In this document: piece by piece, positions 27,488-37,814 of the stretch
Layout: every line of letters starts with the position of its first letter
Position numbering within the stretch: position 1 is the first letter of the stretch
Assembly: GCA_002408565.1 (NCBI GenBank)
Contig: DHTA01000005.1
Coordinates: 178,383-242,382 of the forward strand
Length of the DNA stretch: 64,000 nt
Origin: Patescibacteria group bacterium UBA5272
Lineage (GTDB): Bacteria > Patescibacteriota > Minisyncoccia > Phycocordibacterales > UBA5272
Direction of reading: 5' to 3'
Made by a program: the position numbers and the translations under genes
Notes under the pieces: generated by a model
Told to the model about the DNA's origin: nothing
Database searches by the model: none
What the model saw: the letters and a program-made list of their open reading frames with translations, nothing else

Positions 27488-28534
27488 TTATTTCATTATT
27501 CCACCACCAATTAATAAATTTTTATCAAAAAATACTAAGGACTGTCCTGGAGTATAGACAAAATTATTGTTAGCTTCTAAAAATTCACAATCAATAGCTA
27601 TTTTTTCTTTACTCTTCTTAAAATCTTTAATTTTTATCTTAGTTTCTTTAGCGTGATACCTTTCCTGTACAAAATATGTTTTTCCTTTTTTTAAATCTGA
27701 AATAAAATTTGTATTCTCTAAAAAGATTTTGTCTTGCTTTTCTTTAAAAACTTTTTCTGAAATGTATAAAATATTTTTTTCTAAATCTTTTTTTATAATA
27801 TATTTTCCGTTTATTTTTTCACCAATAGTGTAAAAGAAAACTCCTTCATGTTCCCCAATCAATTTTTCTAAATCCAAATCAAAAATTTTTCCTTTTTTGT
27901 TTTTAATAAATTCTTTCAAAAAATCTTTTACATCAATTTTTCCAATAAAACACAAACCTTGAGAGTCTTTCTTTTTGGCCGTAGCTAAATCATTTTTCAA
28001 AGCCATTTCTCTAATTTCAGTTTTTAATAAACCTCCGATTGGAAAAATTATTTTTTGTAGTTGTTTTTTATTTAAAGTCCAGAGAAAATAGCTCTGATCT
28101 TTTGATAAATCTTTGGCTTTGTGTAAAAAATTATTTTTATTTTGAGCATAATGTCCTGTAGCTATATAATCAGCTCCGTTTTTCATAGCCCAATCAAGAA
28201 AGGCGCCAAATTTTACCTCTTTATTACAAAAAACATCCGGATTTGGAGTTCTGCCTTTTTTATACTCATCAATCATATAATCTATAACTCCTTCTTTATA
28301 TTCTTTTTCTAAATCCAAAGTTAAAAAAGGAATATTTAATTGAGCACAAATCCTCATAGCGTCTCGCCTGTCTTCTTTCCATGTGCATTCTATAAAATCA
28401 GGCTGCCAAACCTTAATAAAGACTCCCGTGACTTCATATCCTTTATTTTTTAACAACAAGGCTGCGACCGAAGAGTCTACTCCCCCCGATATTCCCACAA
28501 ACACTTTTTTCTTTTTATTTTTTTCTTTCAGCAT
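27488..28534 (-). CDS. mnmA: tRNA-specific 2-thiouridylase
   Basis: SGGVDSS, GRTPNPDVFCN, ATGHYA, KDQSYFL, DSQGLCF. Confidence 0.96.
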   Translation of the reverse strand: MLKEKNKKKKVFVGISGGVDSSVAALLLKNKGYEVTGVFIKVWQPDFIECTWKEDRRDAMRICAQLNIPFLTLDLEKEYKEGVIDYMIDEYKKGRTPNPDVFCNKEVKFGAFLDWAMKNGADYIATGHYAQNKNNFLHKAKDLSKDQSYFLWTLNKKQLQKIIFPIGGLLKTEIREMALKNDLATAKKKDSQGLCFIGKIDVKDFLKEFIKNKKGKIFDLDLEKLIGEHEGVFFYTIGEKINGKYIIKKDLEKNILYISEKVFKEKQDKIFLENTNFISDLKKGKTYFVQERYHAKETKIKIKDFKKSKEKIAIDCEFLEANNNFVYTPGQSLVFFDKNLLIGGGIMK

Positions 28535-28540
28535 TAGTTT

Positions 28541-29095
28541 TTAAACTGCTCTCATCAACTTTTTATATACCTCAACTAAAGCTCTAGTATCCGCTAGAGC
28601 TGTGTGAGCTTTAACATTTTGCACCTTCAACAACTCACACAAATATCTTAAAGTAAAGAATGAGGCTTGAGGAGCATCATAAAGTCTAGCAAAAGCTATA
28701 GAAATAGTATCTAGTTTGCCATAGTGCATATCATTTTCTATACCAGTTTTTTTATACGCCCTATCAATAAAATTGTAATCAAAAACCAAATTGTGAGAAA
28801 CAAAAGTACAACCTTCAGCTTTTTTGTTAAAATCTTCTATAGCATTTTTAAGTGGAACAGCAAAAAGCCAGTCTACTTCATTGTAGCCATTTATTCTTAA
28901 AGCTTCTTCTTCAGCATCCTCTAGTCTTTCTGGTTTAATTTTCCATTCATATTCTCCGAGAATTTCAATTTTTGGCCCCTTTCCTTCTCTTTCAATTTGT
29001 TTTACTACAATTAAAGCCAATTCGATAATTTCGTGTTTTTCATAATCTGTTCCAGTAGTTTCTACGTCTACAAAAGCTAAGTTGTGTGTTTTCAT
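28541..29095 (-). CDS. DEDDh 3'-5' exonuclease (DnaQ/epsilon-like)
   Basis: FVDVETTG, HNLVFD, HTALAD motifs. Confidence 0.88.
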   Translation of the reverse strand: MKTHNLAFVDVETTGTDYEKHEIIELALIVVKQIEREGKGPKIEILGEYEWKIKPERLEDAEEEALRINGYNEVDWLFAVPLKNAIEDFNKKAEGCTFVSHNLVFDYNFIDRAYKKTGIENDMHYGKLDTISIAFARLYDAPQASFFTLRYLCELLKVQNVKAHTALADTRALVEVYKKLMRAV

Positions 29096-29171
29096 ATGTT
29101 TTTCCAAAAAGTTTTTCCACGCAAGATGTGAAAGTTTTAAATTTATCTACACCAGTATATCACAAAAAAAA

Positions 29172-30302
29172 TTATTGATTTCTGAGGTATTTATTAATAT
29201 TTTCTAAATGAGTCTTATAATCTTTAGCATAATAATTTATCCCGTCATTTCCAGTAATATAGTATATATAATCAAAGTTAATTGGAGTAAGAACCGACCT
29301 TATAGCTACTATGCCAGGATTATTAATTGGAGTTTTTGTAAAACCTTTTTCTTTATAAGTGCTAGTAGCCGCATCAATCTGTAATGGAAAATTTATTTTT
29401 AATCTTGTCCAAAGAACTCCGGCCACCATGCGCATATCTCGTTCGTTGTTAGCTTCACCCTCTAAATAACTCGCCATTTTTATAATATCGTCAATGGAAA
29501 CTGTGGTTGTACCAACTTCATTTATTAAAGTTAATCTTTTGGTTAAATTTATGGTCTTTGTCTCATCCAAAAAATATTCTTCTATTGGGAACTCACTTAA
29601 ATCTAAAGCGTAAAAATGCAAATCTTCTTTTTCTTCAGTAAAAAGTTTCTTTAATCTTACATAAAAATTATCCTCCATTTGTGTAATCACTTGATCTAAA
29701 GTGACATTTGGCAAAAATAAATAAGTCTCCGGGAACAAATACCCTTCCTTGTCTTCAATTTTTGAAAAGATATTTTCTTCTGAAAAGTCGTCTCTTAGTT
29801 GAGTTTTATCAGATACAGCTGAAAAAGCTTCGCTAATTATTGCAGATATTTTTTTTGTATTATACCCTTCCGGAATAGTGATTCTAACTGGAGGTATAGC
29901 ATAATGTGAACCAATGATTTTATTAGCCACAGAAACTAAAGTATCTTTTTTTTCAAATTGATATATGCCAGCTTGGGCGATTTGATTTTTAGAAAAAAGT
30001 TTTACATAAACCTTAAAAGCCAAAGAAGATTTTATGATTTCCTGTTCTTCTAATCTTTGTCCAATATAGGCTACACTTTCACCATTATTGATTTGGAAAT
30101 AATTATTTTCAGAAGGCATGTTCTCCAAATTAACTTTAGTAAAAAAAATATTATAAATAAAAAGCAAAAATAAAATTATTATTATTAAAGATAAAATGTG
30201 ATATTTATTGTCACAAAAAAATTGAAAAATATTTTTATCTTTACTTTTATCTTCTTCTATTTTTTTGAGTATAAAAAAATTTCTGAAATCATCCTTCGGC
30301 AT
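29172..30302 (-). CDS. mltG: Endolytic transglycosylase MltG (YceG-like)
   Basis: N-terminal TM, ITIPEG, EGYLFPETY, catalytic ASYLEGE, PLQIDA, PINNPG. Confidence 0.88.
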   Translation of the reverse strand: MPKDDFRNFFILKKIEEDKSKDKNIFQFFCDNKYHILSLIIIILFLLFIYNIFFTKVNLENMPSENNYFQINNGESVAYIGQRLEEQEIIKSSLAFKVYVKLFSKNQIAQAGIYQFEKKDTLVSVANKIIGSHYAIPPVRITIPEGYNTKKISAIISEAFSAVSDKTQLRDDFSEENIFSKIEDKEGYLFPETYLFLPNVTLDQVITQMEDNFYVRLKKLFTEEKEDLHFYALDLSEFPIEEYFLDETKTINLTKRLTLINEVGTTTVSIDDIIKMASYLEGEANNERDMRMVAGVLWTRLKINFPLQIDAATSTYKEKGFTKTPINNPGIVAIRSVLTPINFDYIYYITGNDGINYYAKDYKTHLENINKYLRNQ

Positions 30303-30391
30303 AATAATTAAATATTTAAAATTAATAAAATCATAATATCACAAAAAAGCTTTTAAAATAAGCTTTTTTGTAAATTGCCAGAAAACCCTTA

Positions 30392-31915
30392 TTAAACAGG
30401 CAAATCTGCTGGCGAGGAAGATTTAACCGAGTCGATACGAGGAATTGTTGGAGTGGCCGCAACTTCACCTGGAAAATGATAAAGGGTTGCCAACTCTTCA
30501 AGACTTAGAACATTACCCTTACTATAATTTTTTAAAGGCTTAAAAGGATGGAATAAAATGTTATTGAAAGTGGACCAGAGTTTTCTAATATAATTTGGTT
30601 TATCAAATAAAATTATATCTAAATTTTTACTTGTACTTTCACTCATACCTCCAGGAGAATATGAAAATAGCCCACCTCTACCCAAATAAGAGCCAAACAT
30701 CCCTTCCTTTCTCCATGGCACAACTTTTTTAGTTGCGTCCTGCCAAGGATAATCAAATGGATCTGGAATAGTTTTGTCATTTGGTCTAAAAGTATTGAAA
30801 CCCGAATCTTCATTAAAAGGTCTAGTAAGGCCCATCAACATCGGCATTCTGGTTCCTATATTATCGGTATTTTCTGCTACATATATAGTTCTAAAAACAG
30901 CGATAACTTGAGGCTTATTCATTTTTCTTTGTATCAAATCTAAATTTCTTTTTGATTCATCATCTTTATCTACAGGCTTAGAAATTACCATATCATGAGC
31001 ATATTCGTAAACTTTAAAAGTCTCTATTCCGTCCTTGTCTTTCTCTGTTTTACCTTTAAGATTCCCCCACTCATCTTCTTCTTTGTCTCCTTTCTTTTTA
31101 AAGGCCCACTTCCTTTTATACTTTTCGGTTTCAAACTTTACTAAATCGGAAAGTTTTTTTCCTTTTTCTTCTTTTCCGTCTTTGGTGACAGTGTATATAT
31201 CATTCCATTTTCCAGCATCTCTAAGAACGATTTGATAACCCATATATTCTCCAGCCCCAATAGATCCCATAGCCTCCAAAACATAAGTTAAAGGATCGTG
31301 TTTGTTTATCTCTTTAGGATCTTTGTCTAATCCCCAATCTTTATAAGTTTTGATCGGATACATGTCTCCCGGATATTCCATTTTGAAAACCTTATTTTCT
31401 TTATCGTCTCCAATTTCAGCTTCTCCCTTTTTTGCCAAAATCCATTCTGAACCGCCAAAACCATAACCTTCTTTGTTTTGTCGAGTAAATTTAGGAAATT
31501 GTTTAGTGTAATCTTCAGCCCATTCTACAATTTCCACATTTGGATACTGAGAATAGATAGCCGCTTCTATTCTCGGCTTAAACTTAGATTCCGCCCTAAC
31601 AAAAAAATGAATTACCCCTTCTAAAGAAACGATTTCTAAAGAAGAGACAGCCGGTAATCTGCCTTCCCAATTTTCTTTATACCAATTTCCAAGCCCTCCA
31701 CCATCATAAACAGCCCTCAAGAATATTTCTGTAGCTTCAGGGCTTTTGTTTATTTCTCTTGGCAACTTAATTTCCAACAGACTATATTTAAGCTTTTTTT
31801 CATAAGTGGTATTTACATACAACATCCAAAATTTCCAAGCCCAAGCTAAAAGTAAAGTAAAAAGAGCTACGTTAATAAGAAAAATCCCAATATCAAGAAG
31901 CAGTTGTAAACTCAT
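30392..31915 (-). CDS. Conserved-looking membrane-anchored hypothetical protein
   Basis: N-terminal TM; LLEIKLPRE..KSP and LEELATLYHFP segments resemble a hypothetical family I recall as common in Parcubacteria (not verified). Confidence 0.7.
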   Translation of the reverse strand: MSLQLLLDIGIFLINVALFTLLLAWAWKFWMLYVNTTYEKKLKYSLLEIKLPREINKSPEATEIFLRAVYDGGGLGNWYKENWEGRLPAVSSLEIVSLEGVIHFFVRAESKFKPRIEAAIYSQYPNVEIVEWAEDYTKQFPKFTRQNKEGYGFGGSEWILAKKGEAEIGDDKENKVFKMEYPGDMYPIKTYKDWGLDKDPKEINKHDPLTYVLEAMGSIGAGEYMGYQIVLRDAGKWNDIYTVTKDGKEEKGKKLSDLVKFETEKYKRKWAFKKKGDKEEDEWGNLKGKTEKDKDGIETFKVYEYAHDMVISKPVDKDDESKRNLDLIQRKMNKPQVIAVFRTIYVAENTDNIGTRMPMLMGLTRPFNEDSGFNTFRPNDKTIPDPFDYPWQDATKKVVPWRKEGMFGSYLGRGGLFSYSPGGMSESTSKNLDIILFDKPNYIRKLWSTFNNILFHPFKPLKNYSKGNVLSLEELATLYHFPGEVAATPTIPRIDSVKSSSPADLPV

Positions 31916-32040
31916 ATGTTTATAAAGAAATTATATCATAAAGAAAATTACTTTCTGAAAATATATTATATAAGCTTGACAAAGATTATATAATATGCTA
32001 TATTACTTATAGTTAAAAAATTCTTTAAAGATTTAATAAA

Positions 32041-32442
32041 ATGAAAAAACAACACCTTCTTACTTTAATTGTTCTGCTTTTTATGGGAACAATAGTGAAC
32101 GCTCAAGTCCACCATAAGGTAGACGTAGAAGTTGCAGATATAAATATATCTGCAAATACGATTACTGGAAAAATATTTTGCCAGATGAAATTAGAAACCA
32201 GTTTCCTGCAGAAAACAGAAAACACTTGGGAGAAAAAAGTTTTTTGGTATCAGGAAACACTGAACCCGGAAGATTGTTCAAGTTTCTGGTTTCATGTTAA
32301 TAAGGGTGACAGAAATAAAGGTGTCCTGTCTATATTCGACGGAGACTATATCGAAACTGGTCTCCTTGAAGTCCAGCTGTATGGGAGAACACTTCTGTCC
32401 ACAGACATAAGACATAAAAAAACAAAACCCTCTACAAAATAG
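32041..32442 (+). CDS. Orphan secreted protein (Sec signal peptide)
   Basis: MKKQHLLTLIVLLFMGTIVNA-Q signal peptide; own TTGACA-17-TATATT promoter (~31976-32004); stop codon within a terminator. Confidence 0.75.
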   Translation: MKKQHLLTLIVLLFMGTIVNAQVHHKVDVEVADINISANTITGKIFCQMKLETSFLQKTENTWEKKVFWYQETLNPEDCSSFWFHVNKGDRNKGVLSIFDGDYIETGLLEVQLYGRTLLSTDIRHKKTKPSTK

Positions 32443-32452
32443 AGGGTTTTTT
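32424..32452. terminator. Bidirectional intrinsic terminator
   Basis: AAAACCCTCTA-CAAAA-TAGAGGGTTTTTT. Confidence 0.85.
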
Positions 32453-32470
32453 ATTTTATTCGTCTCAATC

Positions 32471-33517
32471 TTATTTTAAAAGCTGATATCTTCCATCCTT
32501 GTCTTTTTTAAAATATTTAGCATCTTGAAGGTTGATAACGACGGTATTGGCCTTTACTATTCTTTTCTCTAAAACCCTATCAACAATTTCTTGTTTTAAC
32601 ATTGGCTTACCAGACTCTTTAAGACTTTGAATAATAACGTCTCTAACAACTCCAGCTGCATGTCCCCACTCTTTTAAACCATACATGCCCCTTCCCACCA
32701 AAACAAATCTTTTATCTTTAATCAGCTCATTGTGGCATGTAGCAACATTAGTTTTCTTTTTGAAAGTTTTTTCTATTTCTGTCGCCACGTCTCTAAAATG
32801 CATAGGTTTGCCGTTTTTTCTAACTACTAAATAAGCGTAATCTTTAACTCCTCTAGCCTTAATATGTGGAGAAGTAACTTTGCCCCATTCTCCTAATTCA
32901 TTTTTCCCAACAACTTTAGAAATCGATAAATATTTGTTAATAATTTCTCTGTTATTTTTATATTCATCAACTAGTTGATCTAAATTAGAAACAAATTTTT
33001 CCAAAACTTCCTCTTCTTGAAGTAATTGATCTTCGTCTATAGAATCATGTAATTGACACAAACAACCTTTTACATGATCACAGAGAATATCATCTACACT
33101 CCAATAAGGATAAAAATTGTCAGTTTCTTTTCCTTTGGTAAAATATCCCCCGAGAACTAAATATAAGTTAATATGGTTTTGAATAATTTTGTCTTTAGTG
33201 ATATAGGTCATCAGAGTGTCTTCTGTGACTACAGAACCTAATTTTTGAATTATCTCTTTAAGTTCATCAAAAATGAAAGCATTCTCTTTGTATTCTGGAG
33301 TTTTTTTGATGGAGGTCAAAGCAAAATTTTCAATTTGTCTCACTCTTTCTCGAGTAATATTATAATTTTTTCCAATAGCTTCAAGGGTCATTCTTTTTTC
33401 ATTATCTAACCCGTAACGACTTGAAACTATATCTCTCATTCTTGGATTGAGGGAAGATAAAAGTTTTTTAGAAATTTGCTTTGGTTTAAAGGATAGCTTT
33501 GTTGTTGCTTCTGTCAT
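32471..33517 (-). CDS. Sigma70 region-4 HTH protein with C-terminal winged-HTH (HARE/RpoE-delta-like) repeats
   Basis: RYGL...MTLEAIG..Y.ITRERVRQIE (sigma4); GKPMHFRDVA...HNELIKDKRFVLVGRGMYGLKEW. Confidence 0.8.
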   Translation of the reverse strand: MTEATTKLSFKPKQISKKLLSSLNPRMRDIVSSRYGLDNEKRMTLEAIGKNYNITRERVRQIENFALTSIKKTPEYKENAFIFDELKEIIQKLGSVVTEDTLMTYITKDKIIQNHINLYLVLGGYFTKGKETDNFYPYWSVDDILCDHVKGCLCQLHDSIDEDQLLQEEEVLEKFVSNLDQLVDEYKNNREIINKYLSISKVVGKNELGEWGKVTSPHIKARGVKDYAYLVVRKNGKPMHFRDVATEIEKTFKKKTNVATCHNELIKDKRFVLVGRGMYGLKEWGHAAGVVRDVIIQSLKESGKPMLKQEIVDRVLEKRIVKANTVVINLQDAKYFKKDKDGRYQLLK

Positions 33518-33622
33518 ATTTTTCAAAAATTTTCAATAATTAAAAACACCCGACTAAACTTATATATTAATATATCTATATTACTACAACTTGACAAAAA
33601 AGTCAAAAGTGTCGATAATCAT

Positions 33623-36124
33623 TTAAATAACTATATTAATAAGTTTATTTTTTACCACAATAATTTTTTTAATCTGAGACTCATTATTTACATATTTTCG
33701 ATAAATCTCTGTGCTTTTAGCAGATTCCAACACCTCTTCATCAGACACACCTGGTTTAGAAATAAAAGTTCCTCTAAATTTTCCAGAAATTTGTAAACTT
33801 ATTTCTATCTCATCTTTTTCCATTTTTGTCTCATCATAGTTTGGCCAAATCGCAAGATGAATAGAGCTTTCATGATTTAAAACATTTTGCCAAATTTCTT
33901 CAGAAATATGCACAGTAAAAGGAGAGATAATTTTTACAAAATCTTCAAAAGTTTTTTTCGAAACTGGGTTACCTTTTTTCACTTCATCCTCTAAAGTGTT
34001 TAGACAAATCATCATCTGAGCTATAGCTGTATTAAATTTAAAATCTTCAATATCTTCACCTACTTTTTTAATAGTCTCGTTAATCACTCTAGTTAACTCT
34101 TTAGATTCAGAAACATTTTCTTCAAAATTATTATCTTTAGCAAAAGAGTATATTCTTTCTAAAAACCTAGAAACTCCTGCCATATTATTAGTGCTCCAAG
34201 AAATAGCTTTATCAAAAGGCCCCATAAACATTTCATAAGTCCTCATAGTGTCAGCCCCATATTCTTTTACTATATCGTCCGGATTAACAACATTGTTGTA
34301 CCTTTTACTCATTTTCTTTCCATCCTCTGCCATAATCAAACCCACAGTTTGGAGTTTTGAAAAAGGCTCATCATAATTTACAAAACCCTTATCAAAAAGG
34401 AATTTGTGCCAAAAGCGAGCGTAGATTAAGTGGCGTGTCGCATGCTCTGCTCCTCCGACATAAAAGTCTACAGGGCTCCATTTTTTTTCTAACTCTTTAT
34501 CTACAAATATCTCATCATTTTTAGGATCAACATATCTGAGATAATACCAAGAACTTCCCGCCCATTGTGGCATAGTGTTTGTCTCTCTGTAAAACAGTTT
34601 TGCTCTTTCGTCCGATTTGTCGCACGATTCAAATTCATTATCCTTATTTATAAATCCATAAACCTCCACCCAATCACGGATGTTGGCAAGTGGAGATTCA
34701 CCTGTATCTGTCGGCTCATAATTTTCTACATTTGGCAAAACTATTGGAAGCTCTTTATCTGCTACTACATAACTTTTACGATTGCCAGATTCATCTTCTG
34801 CAAAAACAATTGGAAATGGCTCCCCCCAATATCTTTGTCTTGCAAATACCCAATCTTTTAATTTATATTTACTTACAATTTTTCCTCCAACCTTTTCAGT
34901 AATTTTTATTCTCGCTTCTTCAGAATTCACTTCATCATATTCTCCAGAATTTATTAGAATTCCTTCTCCTTCAAATAAATCTTCTTGTAAATCAGAATCT
35001 TCTTTTTTTATTACTTCCACAATTTCAATATTATATTTCTTAGCAAATTCGTAATCTCTCCCATCGTGCGCTGGCACAGCCATAATTGCGCCTGTTCCAT
35101 AATCACTTAAAATATAATTCGCAATATAAATCGGCACCTCTTCTCCATTTGCCGGATTTATCGCTTTTATTCCAGTATCGACTCCTTCTTTTTCCAGTTT
35201 AGACATGTCAAAATCCAAAGTCCTTTCCTTCTCTTCTTTTTCAAGTTTTTCTACAAAATTTTTTATTTTATCATCAGCTTTCCAACCACCTCTGATCCAC
35301 TCTTTTGCAAGAGTGTAAGAAATACACATAAAGGTACAACCAAATAAAGTATCTGCTCTAGTGGTAAAAATTTTTAATTTATTTTCTTTTAAGTTATTTT
35401 TCTCAGCATCAACTATTTCAAAATTAATTTCACTTCCTTCGCTTTTTCCAATCCAATTTCTTTGAAGCTCTTTAATGTGTGGTTCCCAATTTAATTTATC
35501 TAAATCCTCTAAAAGTCTGTCTGCATAATTTGTAATTTTTATTACCCATTGACGAAGTGGTTTCTTCTCCACCGGAGTCCCACATCTCTCGCAAACATTT
35601 CCGTCTAGATCTTCATTCGCCAAACCAGTTTTACAACTTGGACACCAATTAATTGGCTCAAAAGACTCGTAAGCTAAACCATCTTTATACATTTGTTTAA
35701 ACATCCACTGAGTCCATTTGTAATATTTTGGATCGGTAGTATTTATTTCTCTATCCCAATCATAATTAAGTCCTAACATTTCAATTTGCTCTTTATATCT
35801 TTTTACATTTTTTTCTGTGGCAATATTCGGATTAATTTTATTTTTTATAGCGAACTGTTCAGCAGGAAGACCGAAAGCATCCCAACCCATAGGGTGAAGC
35901 ACATTATATCCTTGCATTTTCTTTAAACGAGAATAAACATCTGTCGCAATATATCCTTTTGGGTGACCAACATGGAGACCTTCACCGGATGGATACGGAA
36001 ACATGTCTAAAATATAAAATTTCTTTTTTCCTAAACTAAAATCATTACTGGTTTTGTTAATTTTATTTTCTAGCCAATATTTTTGCCATCTGCTTTCAAT
36101 TTCGCCATAATTTAGTTTAATCAT
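33623..36124 (-). CDS. leuS: Leucyl-tRNA synthetase
   Basis: MFPYPSGEGLHVGH, FTTRADT editing domain, RQRYWGEP, KMSKR. Confidence 0.97.
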   Translation of the reverse strand: MIKLNYGEIESRWQKYWLENKINKTSNDFSLGKKKFYILDMFPYPSGEGLHVGHPKGYIATDVYSRLKKMQGYNVLHPMGWDAFGLPAEQFAIKNKINPNIATEKNVKRYKEQIEMLGLNYDWDREINTTDPKYYKWTQWMFKQMYKDGLAYESFEPINWCPSCKTGLANEDLDGNVCERCGTPVEKKPLRQWVIKITNYADRLLEDLDKLNWEPHIKELQRNWIGKSEGSEINFEIVDAEKNNLKENKLKIFTTRADTLFGCTFMCISYTLAKEWIRGGWKADDKIKNFVEKLEKEEKERTLDFDMSKLEKEGVDTGIKAINPANGEEVPIYIANYILSDYGTGAIMAVPAHDGRDYEFAKKYNIEIVEVIKKEDSDLQEDLFEGEGILINSGEYDEVNSEEARIKITEKVGGKIVSKYKLKDWVFARQRYWGEPFPIVFAEDESGNRKSYVVADKELPIVLPNVENYEPTDTGESPLANIRDWVEVYGFINKDNEFESCDKSDERAKLFYRETNTMPQWAGSSWYYLRYVDPKNDEIFVDKELEKKWSPVDFYVGGAEHATRHLIYARFWHKFLFDKGFVNYDEPFSKLQTVGLIMAEDGKKMSKRYNNVVNPDDIVKEYGADTMRTYEMFMGPFDKAISWSTNNMAGVSRFLERIYSFAKDNNFEENVSESKELTRVINETIKKVGEDIEDFKFNTAIAQMMICLNTLEDEVKKGNPVSKKTFEDFVKIISPFTVHISEEIWQNVLNHESSIHLAIWPNYDETKMEKDEIEISLQISGKFRGTFISKPGVSDEEVLESAKSTEIYRKYVNNESQIKKIIVVKNKLINIVI

Positions 36125-36199
36125 AATTTTTATAAATAAGATTTTTATATTATAATACAAAACGAATTTTTACTAAACTCTTTAATTTTTATTAAATCT

Positions 36200-36541
36200 A
36201 TGAAAAACAATCTTGAAAATTTTGCTTCCAAGGTTACTAAATGGATCGGGTCTATTTGGTCCATAATTATTCACACTTTAATTTTTATTCTTTTTTTTAT
36301 TTTAATTTATTTAGGATTTAACCCAGAAAGAGTAATGTTAATTTTGACAACTTTAGTCTCTTTGGAAGCTATATATTTAGCACTCTTTATTCAAATGACT
36401 GTAAATAAACATTCTGAACATATCGCTGATATTGCTGAAGACGTAGACGAAATTCAAGAAGATATTGATGATATTCAAGAAGATATTGAAGAATTAAATG
36501 AAGACGAAGACGAAAATGAAACTGTAAACCTAAAAAACTAA
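36200..36541 (+). CDS. DUF1003-like two-TM protein with acidic coiled-coil tail
   Basis: IGSIWSIIIH, LTTLVSLEAIYLALFIQM, EDVDEIQEDIDDIQEDIEE repeats. Confidence 0.75.
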   Translation: MKNNLENFASKVTKWIGSIWSIIIHTLIFILFFILIYLGFNPERVMLILTTLVSLEAIYLALFIQMTVNKHSEHIADIAEDVDEIQEDIDDIQEDIEELNEDEDENETVNLKN

Positions 36542-36861
36542 ATATCAAACTTGTAAAGAATCCATTCTGTTACTGATAAAACAACAGCAAAGACTGCTGC
36601 TTGCCAAAATGAAACTAAGGTGAAATTTGGAGTAAGGGAAGAAATAATCATAAGTAAAAGCACATTTAAAACTAAATGGAATATTCCTAAAGTTAAAAAA
36701 TTTATTGGCCAAGTAATAAATTTAACAACTGGTTTAACAGTCGCATTCATTAAAGCTAAAATCAAAGTAAAAATCAACAAAGCACCCCAACCAGCATATT
36801 CAATACCTACCAACTTTACCGATAAAAATACAGCTGAGAAGCTTAATATAAAATGAATCAT
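36538..36861 (-). CDS. YvlD/phage-holin-4-like four-TM membrane protein
   Basis: NATVKPV...TWPINFLTLGIF.LVLN family motif. Confidence 0.8.
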   Translation of the reverse strand: MIHFILSFSAVFLSVKLVGIEYAGWGALLIFTLILALMNATVKPVVKFITWPINFLTLGIFHLVLNVLLLMIISSLTPNFTLVSFWQAAVFAVVLSVTEWILYKFDI

Positions 36862-36977
36862 AATTTCATTACTGTTTTAATACTTAATAATAACACACCC
36901 CTTTCTTTATGTTATAATTTTAGCTAAGTCAATTATTAAATTTAATTATTATTAGTAGCAAACTTAAATATGAAAAT

Positions 36978-37766
36978 ATGAAAAATTTTTTTAAAAATCA
37001 AACTGCAACAGCGATTCTTCTCGGCGCAATAATTATAGCTCTAGGAATTATCGGTTACGCTTTAATAAGTAAAGATTCCGGATCTGGTTCTAAAAAAGAT
37101 GTTTTGGATTCTATTATAAACGGAGACAAAGTTTTTAAAGGTGCAAACTTTGAGGACAAAGAGTATATTTTAGGAAGTTCAAAAAATGATATTACCGTAG
37201 TTGTCTATTCAGATTTTGAATGCCCTTTCTGTAAAATGCTTCACGAAAATGCCATTCTACAATTACAAGAAAAATATTCAACTAATAGTGAAGACATCAG
37301 CAAAGCTAAAATAGGTATAGTTTATAGACATTTCGCTCAAAGCTATCACCAAAAAGCTCCTACTGAAATCAATGCCGCTCTCTGCTCTCGAGAGCTTTAC
37401 GGACAAAATGTTTACACTAATTTTATAGACAGAATTTACGAAATTAATCCTACTAACGATGGTTTGGATTTAGCGGTTTTACCAGATATTGCTGAATTTG
37501 CAGTTAGTGTTGCAAAAAACAAAAACCAAAGTGTAAAAAAAGATTTTAACAAAGATGAATTTACCCAATGCTACGACAATAAGACCTATAATTCTGAATT
37601 TATGGCAAATATGCAAGATGCTCTTGTGGCAGGTCTTGAAGGCACTCCATATTCCGTTATCACCTATAAAGACAATAATGATCAAATAGTTGTTGCTAAA
37701 GTTTCTGGGGCACAGGACGCTAATTATTACGAAAGTATTATCGATAGACTTTTAAATATAAAATAA
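36978..37766 (+). CDS. DsbA-family thioredoxin-fold protein
   Basis: N-terminal anchor, YSDFECPFC, cis-Pro loop GTP. Confidence 0.9.
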   Translation: MKNFFKNQTATAILLGAIIIALGIIGYALISKDSGSGSKKDVLDSIINGDKVFKGANFEDKEYILGSSKNDITVVVYSDFECPFCKMLHENAILQLQEKYSTNSEDISKAKIGIVYRHFAQSYHQKAPTEINAALCSRELYGQNVYTNFIDRIYEINPTNDGLDLAVLPDIAEFAVSVAKNKNQSVKKDFNKDEFTQCYDNKTYNSEFMANMQDALVAGLEGTPYSVITYKDNNDQIVVAKVSGAQDANYYESIIDRLLNIK

Positions 37767-37779
37767 TAATTTTAAATTT

Positions 37780-37810
37780 TAAAAACCAAACCTTGAGGTT
37801 TGGTTTTTTT
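37780..37810. terminator. Bidirectional terminator (dsbA / suf)
   Basis: AAAAACCAAACCT-TG-AGGTTTGGTTTTTTT. Confidence 0.85.
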
Positions 37811-37814
37811 GTTT

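Noticed and set aside
36420-36510. Short direct repeats (ATTCAAGAAGATATTGA twice) as a CRISPR or repeat array
   Set aside because: They are in-frame heptad repeats encoding an acidic coiled coil, with no spacers or cas genes.
36538-36861. Holin-family gene as evidence of a prophage
   Set aside because: The YvlD-like family is commonly chromosomal, and there are no phage structural, lysin or integrase genes nearby.
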